From Balanoglossus misakiensis (taxonomy: Eukaryota > Animalia > Hemichordata): a stretch of 64,000 nucleotides of DNA. Below the pieces are notes generated by a model. That model was not told the DNA's origin. It did no database searches and worked only from the letters and a program-made list of their open reading frames with translations. Positions 39,601 through 54,400 of the stretch are shown here, piece after piece. A program made the position numbers and the translations under genes. Position 1 is the stretch's first letter; the number at the start of each line of letters is the position of its first letter. The stretch lies in NCBI GenBank assembly GCA_040954595.2, contig CM082595.2:1263690-1327689 (forward strand). Reading direction: 5' to 3'.

Positions 39601-40771
39601 TCTTCCTGTTTCAGGTGATTTTCTTGCCCTCCTCGTGGTCGTCTTTCACTTGACTGAATTCTTCAAACAGACATGGCCGTTGCTATGGAGATCCGACTGG
39701 GCCTGTATCATTCTGCGATATCTACGATTCGTTGGTTTCAACATCACCATATTTACTATGGTTGCCATAGCAATAGATCGTTACTTTGCTATATGTTATC
39801 CGATGAAATTCAAACTGAGCTTTACTCTTAGGAGAACCCGGTATGTTATTGTGTTGTTATGGGTGATGGCTGTTTTAACAGCAATTCCAACTGGATTTAT
39901 GTTCAAGGTAAGAGAAGTTATTACATGAGTATTTTTATGATAGTGTCGAGTAACTACGGCGAACGAAACATTAGATAAACCCTGAATAATATCTTAATAT
40001 TTATGCAATTTGAATAAAGCGATATAGCTAATGTTTTTCTTGTTTGGACTTCAATGTGTATTCTTCTATTTGCAGGCAATATACCAATCTGACGGGCATG
40101 GCGTCACATACGCAGGCAAATCGCCTTTCGCCTGTAAATTGGTCTTGCCTTTTGGTGATTGGTTCAAAGATTTTAAAGCTATTTATCTGAATGTTGTCCT
40201 GTTCTACCTGCCCGTTGCCATGACAGCTGTGGCGTATACAATCATCATCTACCGTGTGTGGAGGAGCGCACAAGAAATGACCAGCTGCGTCTCAAGTCAA
40301 CCATACAAGAACAGTCACTGGAAAACCGCACGTATTCTGTTCACCGTTTTCATCGCCTACACGCTCTCATACTCCATACTCACAACATACAACTTACTCT
40401 CCCGGTATTTTCCAAATTACAACATGCATCCCATGATTAAAAACATAGGTCTTTTACTTCCCTATGCCAACAGCTGTATGAACCCCATAATATATTCATT
40501 CCTTGATGAGAAATTTCGTTTGGCTTCTTTTGCTTTAATATGCGGCAAAAAGTTGACAAGCCATCAATCGGAGGAGACTCGTAGTTTGCGCTTGCGTGTG
40601 AGTAGCATTCGACAATCAAACTATGTGGTATCCTCTATAGACGATAACAGAGATACCGGGCTTGCAAACCCGAGTTTTGATGTCCATATTGGAGATGAGG
40701 AGAAAACCTTGAACGAGGAAAAGATGATATGTGCAAGATGCCTCCAGGAACGGTTTTTAGAGACTGAATAA
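36629..40771 (+). CDS. Rhodopsin-like (class A) GPCR, paralog B (exons 36629-36935, 39615-39907, 40076-40771)
   Basis: GMLGNFIV, NLALGDF, IAIDRYFAICYP, FYLP, YANSCMNPIIYSF. Intron positions and phases are identical to paralog A. Confidence 0.92.
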
Positions 40772-42718
40772 TAAAATCGCTTTCCATCATGATATTATAA
40801 TCCAGAGAATTTAAAACCAATATATTTGCCTCGATTTGCTTAGATTATGTACACGATTAAATTGAAAAGTTTGTGTTCGCTTTTGTGGTATTAACTGAAT
40901 CTATAATATTTGGCTTTGGGGCTTGTTTATGTTGATTATATATAATACTATGTTAATGTTATATTTATGGTAACCGACAGTTATTGCACTTAAAGACTTT
41001 GACCTAAAAACATTTTAATTGTCTGTTTTCTACGTTTTCTACGTGATAAACTTTATTATCGATGTATTCAAGTTATTATTATATTATGTATTAAATGTTG
41101 AAAACTAGTATAGAACAATGATTGTTTTCATTGTATAGACTCAAAGTCAAACGCTCCAGTCGTTATGTTCTCATCACCGGATTGAACACCAGGTGTGCAA
41201 AGGGAGCCAGTCAACCAATCAATGGTTGGGAAGTGTGCACCTGTATCTAATCATTTGCATTGGATGGGTGGGGTCACTCGAGGAGCTGAGTTTTGCACGC
41301 GCTACTCTAGTCGTGTAGCTTTCGGAGAAGATTGTGTCGTGTCCATGAGGTGGCGACGCTTTTTCTTCATCCAAAACGCGTTCCGAAGTTAACCAGTTAA
41401 ACCATGAGGAGGATGGTGAGGATGGCTGGCTGTTCCAGGATTTTCAAGAACTTCTCGGGGAGAATTTGCGGGATATTTGAAAGAAAGTGCCGAAGTCTGA
41501 TCCACCAAGCAACCGGTGAGCACACCTCTCATGTTAAAGATATTAGGGCATGCAATTGCGGTTTACGGGAACGAGATGACATATTTCTGTAGCTCTGCAA
41601 TTTCATGACACTCGTAAAACCTTTTGGTGCCGGAGTTTATGAAAACTATCGTTATTAAGTTTTGTACACGGCGTTACAGAGCCCAGTATCCTCCTCTTAG
41701 TTAACTTTGCATAAAGCTTATACACGTACATGTATATTATGGTTTAGAGACCGCGACAGGTGAGTTATATTTAAATCGTAAACAACACTTCCTTCGTTAG
41801 AACTTAAATACAGCAAATTGGGTTAAAGGGAGGGGCAAAACTAAAGCCTACTTATATGGTGCGCATAAAATATGGAAGGAAGTGAAGGCAGTCCACTGTT
41901 TGAACGCGTCGAATGCAAAATTTGCAAAACATTCGGATCGGACATGTACATGTTTGTCCACACGAAATTACGCACATGCGCATAAGAAATTCTTCAGGTC
42001 AAATTACTTTGTGTTGATGGCAATGTCATGTTGTGATGTGTAGAAATCTTTCGCATCCTCCAGTAGAAAAGGTCAAAGATGTCACACAAGAGTGCACTGA
42101 ATTTCTGGCGAATATTATATGTATTACCCCTGGCTATTATGAAGCAAAGATATATGAGCAACACCTGCATATCTATTCTGTACAATTACTGTGATTGCAA
42201 CCATGCATGATATCACTGTAAGATTCTCTTCAATGTATTTATGTGTGATCAATATCACCTGAAATCTGTCGCAGTAAATTTCCTCAGACATCCTCTGACA
42301 GACACAGACACTTATAGCAATCAATACCAACCATTCAGTAGACTATTTGAAAGAAATCACGACAGTGATGGACAATAAAAAACAAGACCAAACTATCTTG
42401 TGTGTAATTTCAAGAGATTTATTGAGTGAAACTGCAAAAAAACCAAGAGTGAAAAATACTGAAAAGAGTGTAGGAAAGTGTAAATATTGAGAGATTTAAT
42501 ATCAAGGAAATATGTAGACCATATTGAAAGATTCAGAAAATTGTAAATACTGTTGAAATAGATCATTCTACACCAATGAAACTAAAATTATGATAATCCC
42601 CTTGTACTACTAGTCTAGTGTAATGGCTATGATGAGATCCACTTAATACATGCATTCCATGTAATGCAAATGTCTATTCAGACCACAGTTAAAATTTAAC
42701 AATATCTCAGTATTAACA

Positions 42719-42900
42719 TTAAAGGTATACGGTCACCTATACAAATTTAGCCACAGTTACCATGGTAAATTGAGATCTAACCAATCACAGATTTTCAGTG
42801 GGTGGCACACGCGAAAATAAAGCGTTCTTTAGAACACTCAAATACGCCATTTCAACTATATATGGCGATATGTAAATTGGAGGTGACCGTATACCTTTAA
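42719..42900. mobile_element. Intact MITE (174 bp, 42723-42896) with 16-bp perfect TIRs and TTAA target duplication, Kolobok-like
   Basis: ttaa|AGGTATACGGTCACCT ... AGGTGACCGTATACCT|ttaa. Confidence 0.85.
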
Positions 42901-45407
42901 TGGTTGCAAAGTAGAAACTCAGAGAAAATGTAAACAGAAACAGCCTCTATAAAGCATTGGACAAGTTAACTAACAGAACAAAATGTTCTAGATGTGCATT
43001 CAAAAAGTCTGACCTATAATAATTCATTCCATTGGACAGAATTGAGAATTTCTAGAAGCCTCATATGACCACAGTTCTGAAACTTGTAATAAATTCATAA
43101 GCCAAAATGATATTGAAATATGTAACAATAAACTACTGTAAATTTCTATATAGGAATACCACTGGTGAAAAAATGCTATGTGTGAAATAAATCCACTACG
43201 ATAACTCATGAAAACCTTGCTGACACTTCTCTATGTAGATGGTAGTGAAAATTTTAAAAGTTTCAATAATTTGACAATACATGAAGCAGACAAAATTCAT
43301 TCAGAAGATAACTCAATACTGTAAAATACAACAGGAATGATACCAGTGTTGTATTTGGTTGTAATAAAGAAAGCACCTTTAAGAACCTTGTAAGTTTTAA
43401 GTATTTTGCTGCCACCTTCAATAGATGTTACTTTTTGTCTACATTATCTGCAAGATATCTTGATGTAAAATTTAACACTTAACAGTAATTATTTAGAAGG
43501 TTTGGCAAAATTAGATATTCTAATGAAATTACAGAACATGCCTTGCTTTATAGAATAAAACTGAAAATTGTGTATGATGGATTTTTCTAACTTATTCAAT
43601 TAAAACCAACTCTTAAAGAAAACTATACTACCTAATCGTGAGCCAACATTCTCAATGAGCAGATTATCATTGGGAGTTACAAACACAAACAATATATATT
43701 AAAATGACTGAACTTGCAAATTTTTGATACCATATAGACAAAAGTATTGATTGTCTTGATATAGACATATGTAATTCATATATTACAGAAACTTTGCATA
43801 GAATAATCCAAATTTCAATTTTTAATAAATGCATTGGATAATTATGCATCTCATACAGACTGACACTGTTACTAGTTGTATTTTTGTGTGTGCGTGTTTC
43901 CAATTATCCACATGTCACTCAGGTTATGAGCTTGAATGTGATCATAATCGCGAACACAACCATTCTAGCTCCACACGCATGGGCCATGACGACAGAGTTA
44001 AACACTGCACTCCATGTGTAGAACCAACTAAAGAAGCATAATATACAGTAATGAATATTAAGCTTGGTGTGCATAATTTGCATAATTTGTTTAGAAAAAA
44101 TAAAACTGTGAGATCTAGTCTACGGTAGTTTTTATAGAAACATTCATAAATATCTACATCTGAATGTCATGTACAAATGAATGAAATCTACCATCTAATC
44201 TGTACCTATTCTAAATGGTGACTAACAATAAACGTGAAACTCTAAATTCTTGACAGATTCAAATTAAAATACTGAGCCTCGTAGATTACCCAATTGTTGT
44301 TCACAGCATGTCTTGTGTATTTCAGTTTGTTGTCCAATACTGCTTCAGCTGTTTTTGCCGTGTCAACAAGTACATAGACCTCCCAAGTCTACTTTACGAA
44401 TAATTATTAACAGAACAATTATGAGTCAGCTGACTAAGAAATGACTGGCTGAAATGAATACCTGAAAAATCGAAAAACTAAAAGAACTTTCTTTCAGCCT
44501 TTGTGACCTAGAACTCGCAAATATAAACAATGCAAATATGTACCGGGGGTATATCAGCTACATAAACATTAATGTCACCTGGTAGGGCAATACTAGTATC
44601 TTGTACTCATCTGAGATAATATGAATTTCCATTAACAATGATCTGGTCATTACGAAGAATTATGCCCGTAATGAAAACATTCCATACTTGAAACACCAAC
44701 TGATTATTGCACTGTATGCAAAGATATTGCCTCTTGGTGTTGTCTTGAAATACTGGTATGAAATTCAAAACTGCCAACTGCAATGCTGACACTACAATAA
44801 ATTCAGAGTAATTGTAGTTCTATCCAAATGTACTGACACTTAGGAAATGAACCCAAAATTGTCCTGCGTGAATCAAAACACCATTAACTACACACCACTT
44901 CTGTTGACCTCAACAGCAAGTAATGAAATCAATCAATAAACACTTCAAATGAGAAATAAGTTCTCAAATATGTAAATAACTAGGTAATACATTTGCTAAC
45001 ACTGTCAAGATTTCTACCTTGATCAGGTATTTCTGAAAAGTAATGGTGAGGTTTAGAAGATTAGCTGTCACTTAAAATACCTCTTGGTGGTGTTGTATGA
45101 AGAAAGGAATTTTGTAATTTGTTTCACTTGTTTTGAAATGGTAAATAGAGATGTACAATTCCAAACACTATAACTACTGGATCAAAGAACTCATAGCATA
45201 AGGATCATCATAATTCCATCACTATTGTATTAAAGAAATAGGAAACTATGTGTATAATATTAAACAATTTCAAGTAAATATGTGTGTATGATATTAGCTG
45301 TCAGTTGAACTGGTGCAACACTATTTGTATCCTGTCTGATTACTGCTTTACATGAGAAAACATGTGCAGGTATCAGTAACAGCTAAACATTGATTGCGAG
45401 GAGACAT

Positions 45408-48400
45408 CTATGACTTAGGTACATCCAATACTACAGCACCACTTGATGCAGCTCCTTTGTCCTCTTCATCTTCACCCTTTGTAAACAAAAACAAAAACAA
45501 AATCACCTTCAATAACATTATACAGGACAAGCATCTATCACTTGCATTTCCATACAGAACTTAATGTAGTAACTAACAAACTTGTGTTTTGTATGTTATG
45601 GCCTGTGGTTGAAATAGGTTGGATGAATCACACTCGGTTGTCAAGGAGATCAAGCTGGCCAAGAATACATAGGAAAGAGCACATCTCACAAACAAAATAA
45701 CCCCACAAAAATTGCCACGAGAGGGCAGTACTCACAACTGGTGCTGCAGCGATATTCTCTGCAAGTGCTTGTTTAGCGAGATATTTTTCTCTCTTAATCT
45801 TGATTTCCAAAGCCTCAGGTACATCAGGAACAAAGAAATCGATCAGCTTTCCACAAATGAAAACAAAATGCTGTGAAAAGATAGAAAGAAATTGCATGAT
45901 GTAGAAAACAGATGGTTTCTGGTCAAGATACTCATTTGAACTTAGCAAGTAAATGGAGGTGTTTTTGAATTGGGGGTTGCCTGATAACAATAGTGCACTT
46001 AGTATAGACAGATTGAGAACATAAACAATGTTGAATAGTTTTTGGGGATTACCTCAAACAAGATGACAAATCCCAGCCTCAAACATAACAACTTCCAGTA
46101 GAATATTGTTTGGTTTCCATCTTCATCTCGGAAATCTTGATATCTACCCGGGAAAGTGACAAAGTGAAAAAAAGGCTTAAACATATATCTTCTTGATGAA
46201 CACTTTCTACTAATTCTGTGGTTTTGAGCCAATATCATGCGTTCTGAAATAAGGGGTATTTGTTTCTGACAATGACTGTCCAGAAGACAATCTTTGAGAG
46301 ATGACACACCTGCATTGGTGACTGAGTGCCCCAGGTGGAGAGACAGCCAATGAAAAGTTGGTATAGCCGTGCAAGGTCCAATCATAGTGATACTTGTACA
46401 TCTGTCTTGGTAGGAACTCTGATGTGAATGCTATGACAAAAGCCTGGAAGTCAAAATCAATAAATATAACAGTTAGTAATTGGCCTATATGTTCTGAAAT
46501 GTATACACCAATGTATCAAGAAAGTTATGTGATGTTTACAAACAAAACATGAGAGTAAACATATTGGAAACATGGTGGTGAAGGGGTTGACGACCGTGTT
46601 AGGGGACAAATGTACATGTACTTACATTTGAGACAACAGCAAGTTGTGTCAGTGTGTCCAATATATTAAACCAGACACCAATATCTTGAGCTCGATCAGC
46701 CACAGGTCTTCGCATTTCACAGACAAACTTGGAGGCATCTAAGCGTATTTCAACCCAATTGTTGAGCAATGCAAACAATGGAGCAAGTGGTAGAGCAGCC
46801 ACAAAGATGGTGATGAAACCAAACTGCAGAACTGTCAAAAAAAGACATTCAACTCTGTGAATTACTTAAGACTAAACTATAAAACATGTTTTTCAGTTGA
46901 AATTTCTTAGTTTCAGAGCTGGTCATCGATGTGTTTATACATTCAGATGGTGCAAGCAAATTCTGCTTATGGCACCGGCCATATTTGATTCAACTTACCC
47001 ATTTCAAGGTATTCATCAAAGAGTCCTTCAAATTCCACCAACTGATAATCTTCCTCCCACTGCGATAACTGACGTTCAGGTTTTCCTTTCACTTTCCCCT
47101 GCACCTTGTATCTCTGAATATACTGCTTTAGTTTTCTGTAGGCAAACCAGATGGTGCAACAATGAGTGACTGATGACATATACCACACATTTATGTTCAT
47201 ATTTAGTGAATATTGTACTTACGGTATAATCAGCTCCTGAGCATTGTTGATGACTTGTTTGCCCACCATGATCACTAGCAGTTGTTGTGCAAGTTCAACC
47301 AGACATCCGCCTTGTCCACACTCTTCATTACGAAGTCCAAATAAGGTATTATAATTGCCAGGATAACCATTGAACCTAGTGAAGGGTAAATAAAACATTT
47401 ATGACCCCATAAGATATTGACCCTGACTATAGAAATAGACATTGGGGATAGGCAAGTCAAATATGGGCAAGTTTTACTGATGATATAGGTCATTGTATAT
47501 ATTATAATATTCACCTACCTCCCTTTGAAGAATGCAATGTAAAAGATAGACGAGTAGAAGTTGACGAATTGAAATACGAAGACTTTGAATGTCAATGCAT
47601 CTTCATATTCAGTCTGTGTGCGGTGCATTTCTGAAATGAAACAAGATTAAAATTATCAATTTCAGGCTAAGATAGCACTGTGGATGTGGTAAGGTTTAGA
47701 AATACAAGGCAGAAATTTGTAATGAAGGGAGGGTCAATAATCACTTACCCCAGTCATTGAGTTTCATAGCAACTCTAGTGTAGACATTACTCAAGGCCAT
47801 AATGAGGATCAAGTTGACCACAGCTCCGGACATGCTGGCGATACTCTGAGCTTGACCGCGTAGAACTGCATTTTTGAAGAGTGGGATGCTGACCAGGACT
47901 CGGTATAGAATGACACCGACCAGGAATATAATGACCAACGATGCCTAGTACGAAAACATAAGATGTCACTGAGGGGGTCAGTTTACCAATTTACATTCAT
48001 GGAAATCAGAGAACTGGATCAGACCAGGCATATGCACATCATGTGTATCTACGTGGTGACATACCATTCCAAAGAGAACAGCTAATCCTGATGCAACTCT
48101 TCTGAGACGTTGATCATCTGGAAAGTACGGTTCTTTGATTCCTGTGATTGGGTTCTTCTCCATCAATGGTGCGGCCGCTGCAAATTGTGGTCTTGGTCTT
48201 TGCTGCAAGGATTCACATGAAACAACATCAGTGGCTTAGCTGCAATGTGTGGTCATGGACATATAAAGATTTACATGAAAGTAATGTCAAACTGGCAATA
48301 GCTGGACTGATATTTTACCAAATGTCTATATAATACCGTAGGGTGTACTGGATTGATATTAAACTCGTACCTCTTCTTCTTCAAAGTCCATGCAATCCCA

Positions 48401-51400
48401 GTGATGAGACAAACTGGCTTCTTTTCTTTTCCAATACTCCAGGAAAGTCACAGCTGAAAATGTACCAAGATAAGAATTATATAACATGACTCACAAAATT
48501 GTGTGCCACTTAATGGCTGGAGCCATAAGCAAAATATGAAATTAATGGGGGAAGTGTTTATAAATAACTCACCCCAGAATGACATGAAGACAGCATAAAA
48601 AACTGTTCCCGGATGATCGAACAGATATGCCATCTGTAAACAAAGAATATTTAATGTATATTAGGAAGTGAAAGAAGATAAAATCTTTTGATAAGTTTTA
48701 AAGGTTAGGGTTCATCAATTCAGCAAGAACTATTTTAAAACATTACGGAAGATAATTTACCGTGGCTTGTAGACATGTGTCCGAAAGATTCCAATAAGCA
48801 CATCCAATCTTCTCATCACAGAGTGGACACATCAAAAACTGGTCACCATGCTCACAGATCTCTTTCCTGTATCAATCAGAAAAAATGAAATATCAAAGTG
48901 AATAACTTATTTTCAAAGTCATATAATTTCTCTCTTCATAGATAATGTTAAAACACTGTGTACTAATTTCAATAAGATTTCAAACTTTATAACTTACGCT
49001 GGAATATTCTGATCAATAGTGACAATGCCAAATATGAAGACAATTAGTCCAATGATAGATGCTGGTAGGAGCCAAGCAGTGTAGAATCCTGGAAAAAATC
49101 CATCAAAGTATAGATTTTCAAACTTTAATTTCACTTGTAAAAATCTTGTTCAGCTCTGCGCCAATAACATTCTCTATTACTTTCACCTGATATTTCAGTA
49201 AATTTTGTTGGGTATGTTATGAAACGTTGACTTATGTACACTAACTGAAGCCTATATATAATTGCAGATTTCCATAAAATTCACAGGTTGATTATGTTGA
49301 AGATAAAATAACAAAATATTGTTGGATTGACAGTTTATAATGCGCCCTCAACCAAGAGACTGCAACAACCTGTTGCTTCAGACAGCAATATCACCGATAG
49401 CGCCCTCCCACGACAGAATTCACAAAACAGCACCTCATATTCCCCATCGCATTTCAAAGAAAATCAAGACAAAGATGACTCAAACACTTACCAAGCCAAG
49501 CAAAATATATCCCAATCTTTTCTCCAAAATATTCCCTAATATGATCCAACGGTTGATACTTGTACCAACGACCCCAGCGTGCCCAATATTCATACAACAC
49601 TTGGCGTTTATTGAGATCTTCAGGACACAGCAGTTCCTTAGGTTTCTCATATGGACCCTAAAATGACAAAGGAAAATGTGAATGGTTTTAAAGAGGTTCG
49701 GAATGTTAAAAGGGTTAAACTTCTAGGATTATTGTAAGGAGGCAACCTGACTGTCAGGATGTGTCGAGCAAAACTACAGTTAAAAGATTTAATGGGAATA
49801 ATTGTACATACATCATTTAATGGAAAGGCAGCTGTAAAGACCTCTTCCTCGACCAATCTATCAATACCAATCTCAGCTCTTTTTCGTTTCCCATACGTTG
49901 TACTGTGAAGAAGTTCACTTAATATGCGTCCTCTCTCAGCCATTGTGAAATAATCAGTTTTATTGTCACTACCAAGAAATCTGAAAATGATAAATTTAAT
50001 ATAATTAAGTTAAATCACAGAATCTCTCCTACAGAGCAAAACATACAGCTTGATTTTTTCTGACAACATGAAAAAAAAAATATCACAAGAGAGAGTTTAG
50101 CAGATTCATAAATAATCGTGTCTATCTGTGACACTTCCCCAAGGAGATCAGAGTCTTATCGTTGCCAGGGCAACCTCACCTGTAACTAGAGATGTGATAT
50201 GTGACCTGTTTTGACATCGTCAAAAGACAATCAATTTGACTGTATTTGATTTATTGCATATTATCTGACTGGTGTTATTACTTGGTTTGCATGTGATTTT
50301 GATCAACTTGGTCGGATAGCAATCCATACATCTTTGTTACTGTTTAATGATTCAAGGATGTTTTCTATGGTAAAGTTGGACTTCTATAGGGGGATCTCGG
50401 CATGAAAGGGTTAAGGTAGCTGATCACATATTACACAAATATAGCCACAGTAAATTACCATCGAAAATTATGATCTAGCCAATAGCAGATTTTCATTAAC
50501 TTTGCAAGATAGAACACAGTCTATTTTCTGGCCAGATGGAATGATTCCTTCACAAACAGGTGGCATCATTCTTAATTTGGCAAAGGAAAAAGTTCTGACA
50601 GGGAAAAACACATGGCATAAGATCTCTATATTTATCATGCCACCTGGAAAGGGAATCTTTGCTGGCCCTGAAACATGTACACGTGTATGTGTGTACGTGT
50701 GAGTCACTGCTTATTCAACTTGCTAAAAGCAAAACAGAAATAATTTAATACAAAGATAGGTATCACTATCAGGATGTAACTCAAAAGGATATGCATAAGG
50801 CATAATGTGAACAAACACTTAATACAACACACGGTTGTGTCATAAATGTTACCCAGAATGCTTTGCAAGGAAGAGAAATAGTTGCTTCTTAAACAAGGTA
50901 GATCAGGTGCAACTGGGCTCTGACTCAATGACCTCACGGAACCGCAGCGGGATTTGTATGCATTAAAACTGACATGTAACTAATTACTCAATTCCTCAGG
51001 CAATTAGCAGATGTGTAGAGCCTAGTGTCAAAGAACGGAAATGGCAAGACATGAATACATGTTATTTTTATCGCTTTGTGCCTGCAAATATTCTCAGCCA
51101 GAATTGCTGCTTATTTTATTTTCTCTATTAAAATTGAAATTTGAAACAATGTGTGCTGAGTATTTCTGTGCTCGGTGTATATATCACACTTCTAATACGT
51201 TCTGTTAATTGGTTTTGAAATCATTAGCAAGGTAACGACCAATTTCTCAGTCAGATATAAAATGTATGTACGCATCATATTAATCTATTTGTGACCTTGC
51301 CTGTGGTACTCATCCATCATTTTCTCTGCATCTGCTGTGACAAGCATTAAACCCTTTGTGTTCTTTCAATGTGAATTTATCAGTTTCTGAGCCAAATCTG

Positions 51401-54400
51401 ACAGACTGAACATAATTTTCTCAACCACACCATGACATTCAATAATAATTTAAGGGCCTAAATTTGATGTTAAGATCAAAACTTACCTATCCATTTTGTT
51501 CTTCTTGAAAGTACATGTAAAGTAATCATATGGTACGTTTGGGACATCGATAGCCATCAAGTTCGGGATGTGAAATTTTGACAAGACTTTCTCAGACCAG
51601 TTGCTGCTAGGGTTTGAATGTGCCTATATCGTGTGAATGAAAATAAAACATGATTGTAAAATAATGATAGAGATCTCGATTTCAACTTCAGAATTACAAT
51701 TTCAATTCATTTAGTTTAATCTTTCACATGACATTTCATTTTCTACAGGCATTTTTCACTGCTCAGACAAATGTCGAATTTCCACAACAAATGCACACAT
51801 TGCGAATCTCTATGTTCACTGTATACAGGAAGTGCAGTATTTGAAACTGTCGCTTCTGAAATGTACATCCTAAACGCTCTATTTTGACCACTGTTTGAGG
51901 ATTTCATGGTACATTTTGTACGACGTCGACAAACATCAATCAAATACCGTACTTCCGTTTACCACCCTGATTCGCAATGGGAGCATTGTACAGTATTATA
52001 TTTGGATTGAGAAGGCTATATATCACCGATGTTTTCCACTGTTACACATGTACACTATGGTACCAGCAATTTAACGCGGCATAGATATTTTTTAAGCCAG
52101 ACAAATATAGTACATGAGTGACCAATGTCTGAACAGAAAAAATTACAGCTCACTCGTGGATACCATCAAAATGGTGAATTAATATTCAATAATAAGTAAA
52201 AATTCAAAACTGACAGCCTGTCTGAACATGCCAGTATAACGCTTTCATCTACACTGAATGTAAATGGTTAAAATTAAGAGTAAATATTTCCGTACCTGTA
52301 ATGGTGCTCTAAAATTGAGTTCTTCAGCATAAAAGCAGCACAAATCCCACGGAGCGTGTAGCTTGACATAAAATATTGTCTTTTTCTCTCCTTCAATAAT
52401 ATCCTCTTCCAGCTGTATTCCAATTTTCTTGAGATTGTCGAGAAACTTCCTTCTCCATGCTTCCTTCTGTTCATCCGAATCTGGAACTTTCTTCCCCTTT
52501 TCTTTCATTTCTCTTTCCTTCTCTTCTTTCTTTTTCCGCTGCTTTTCCGTGAGATGTTCCTCCTCGTACACAAGAACATAATCTGGAGTAGAAAGACATG
52601 ATAAGATTCATTCACACTTTGAAACTCACTCAAAATTCTATGCCGACTCTTGCCAGTTGCAGACCTGGTGAACTTTAGTTGTGTATTTAGACTTACCAAT
52701 TCTTCGCACTCCATCTTCAAAGAATGTTACATGGTCTGGTCTGTCGAGTCTAGACACACTACCACCCTGGATGTCACTGTCATAGTTGGTCGTCTGTATC
52801 AAATAAAACAAACATGGTTACTTGTTTTGTAAAAATGATATTTCGCATACGGTATTAAAACGGCCATGTTATTCATAACACGCGACTTTTTGACTTTTAG
52901 TACAGATTAACATTCTTGTGGGACTGATGTGGGATCTTCATGGGATTCTAGTGCATGTATGAATTGTTACTTTTGGCAAAGACTCCCTTTTAGCTATCTC
53001 AGAATATCATGTACATTGCCAGCAAAGAGTCTAGCCAAATACAACTTCTGTTCACTCATACACACAATACACCATTATCAAAGCTTTCAGGTAATATGCA
53101 TTACTATAGGATTAGGTGTGTTATGTAAACCCTAATGAACCTTTTATTGCCATTGAATGTTACTAACGTCTAATCCTTTGACTGAGTCTCTCTCAACTTT
53201 CACTACCGGATGTAAATGGTTGGGAAAGTATTTTCAGAAACATAAGGACTATATGGCCACCATTGCAGTGTTTATAGCATATGCCAGGTTTGTTGATTGT
53301 GGGAAGGTTATAATGGCAACATGACAGACAACAAGTGAGAATATGCAAATTGACCAAATTTAGGTTGTTCATTAATAACGATGACAGCTTTCACCCAAAT
53401 TTCCTGCAGGTGGGTGCGGCCATTGACAAAAAAAATATAGTAATGAAATTTAAAAGGGAGTTAAGCCACTATGTAAACTAAACACTTACCACCAATTCAT
53501 ACATTGTGAATAGCGACGATAAAATGACACATGATGCACAATGAAATATGAACGATGAAATGAAATATCCTATGAACAATGCTGTAAAGGTCAGTGCTTA
53601 ATCATAGTACCAACTGTTATGCAAATTCAGAAACCATAATCATGCAAATAAAGCTAATATCATTCAGACACGCTGCAAATGTCATGCTAATGATCTCACA
53701 CACTGGAATATGTACTTAGTTAAAATATTAAATTATTTTATATTTTTTATTGGGTCATCATACTAAGTAATCTCTACATTTCATGTGATAATTCCCCATC
53801 CGAGTCATTCATGTACATATTCATTATATTACAATACATATTAATATTGCTCATTTATAAAACAGAAATATAATCCTCAACTACACTTAAAAGTATAGCA
53901 TTGTGATATCAAACTCTACTCCTCAATAATTGAAATGATTGCCATGGTAACATACAGGTACGAGTAAATTAAAAATTCAGACAGATGTCTGATAGTGTGG
54001 GTTTATTACCAAGAGCATATTAAATCATTCATATCAGAATTTCCATAAAATGTTTGCTCTGACATGCCTTATTTTACATGTCAAAAGAGCTGTCATCACT
54101 TTTTGTTCACATTATTGAAACTTCTTCCCCGACTTATTTGTCTACATATACTCTAAGTTGGAAAATGTAAGTGACAATGTCCTGACTATATTTGAAAGAT
54201 TAAGGTCACATTACTGACCATAATTAAATTTATTTAATGGCTGAGTCTTCAAATTAACACTTAATGTTAGATTCATGCCATTTCCAATTTGAAATGTCAC
54301 ACAATGCAGGAATTATTTAGAACGCACAAAGCCAAAGATGACAATAATTAAACACTATAAGTTGGAAACAACTAAATCAGTTGTCCTGGCTGGTACATAA

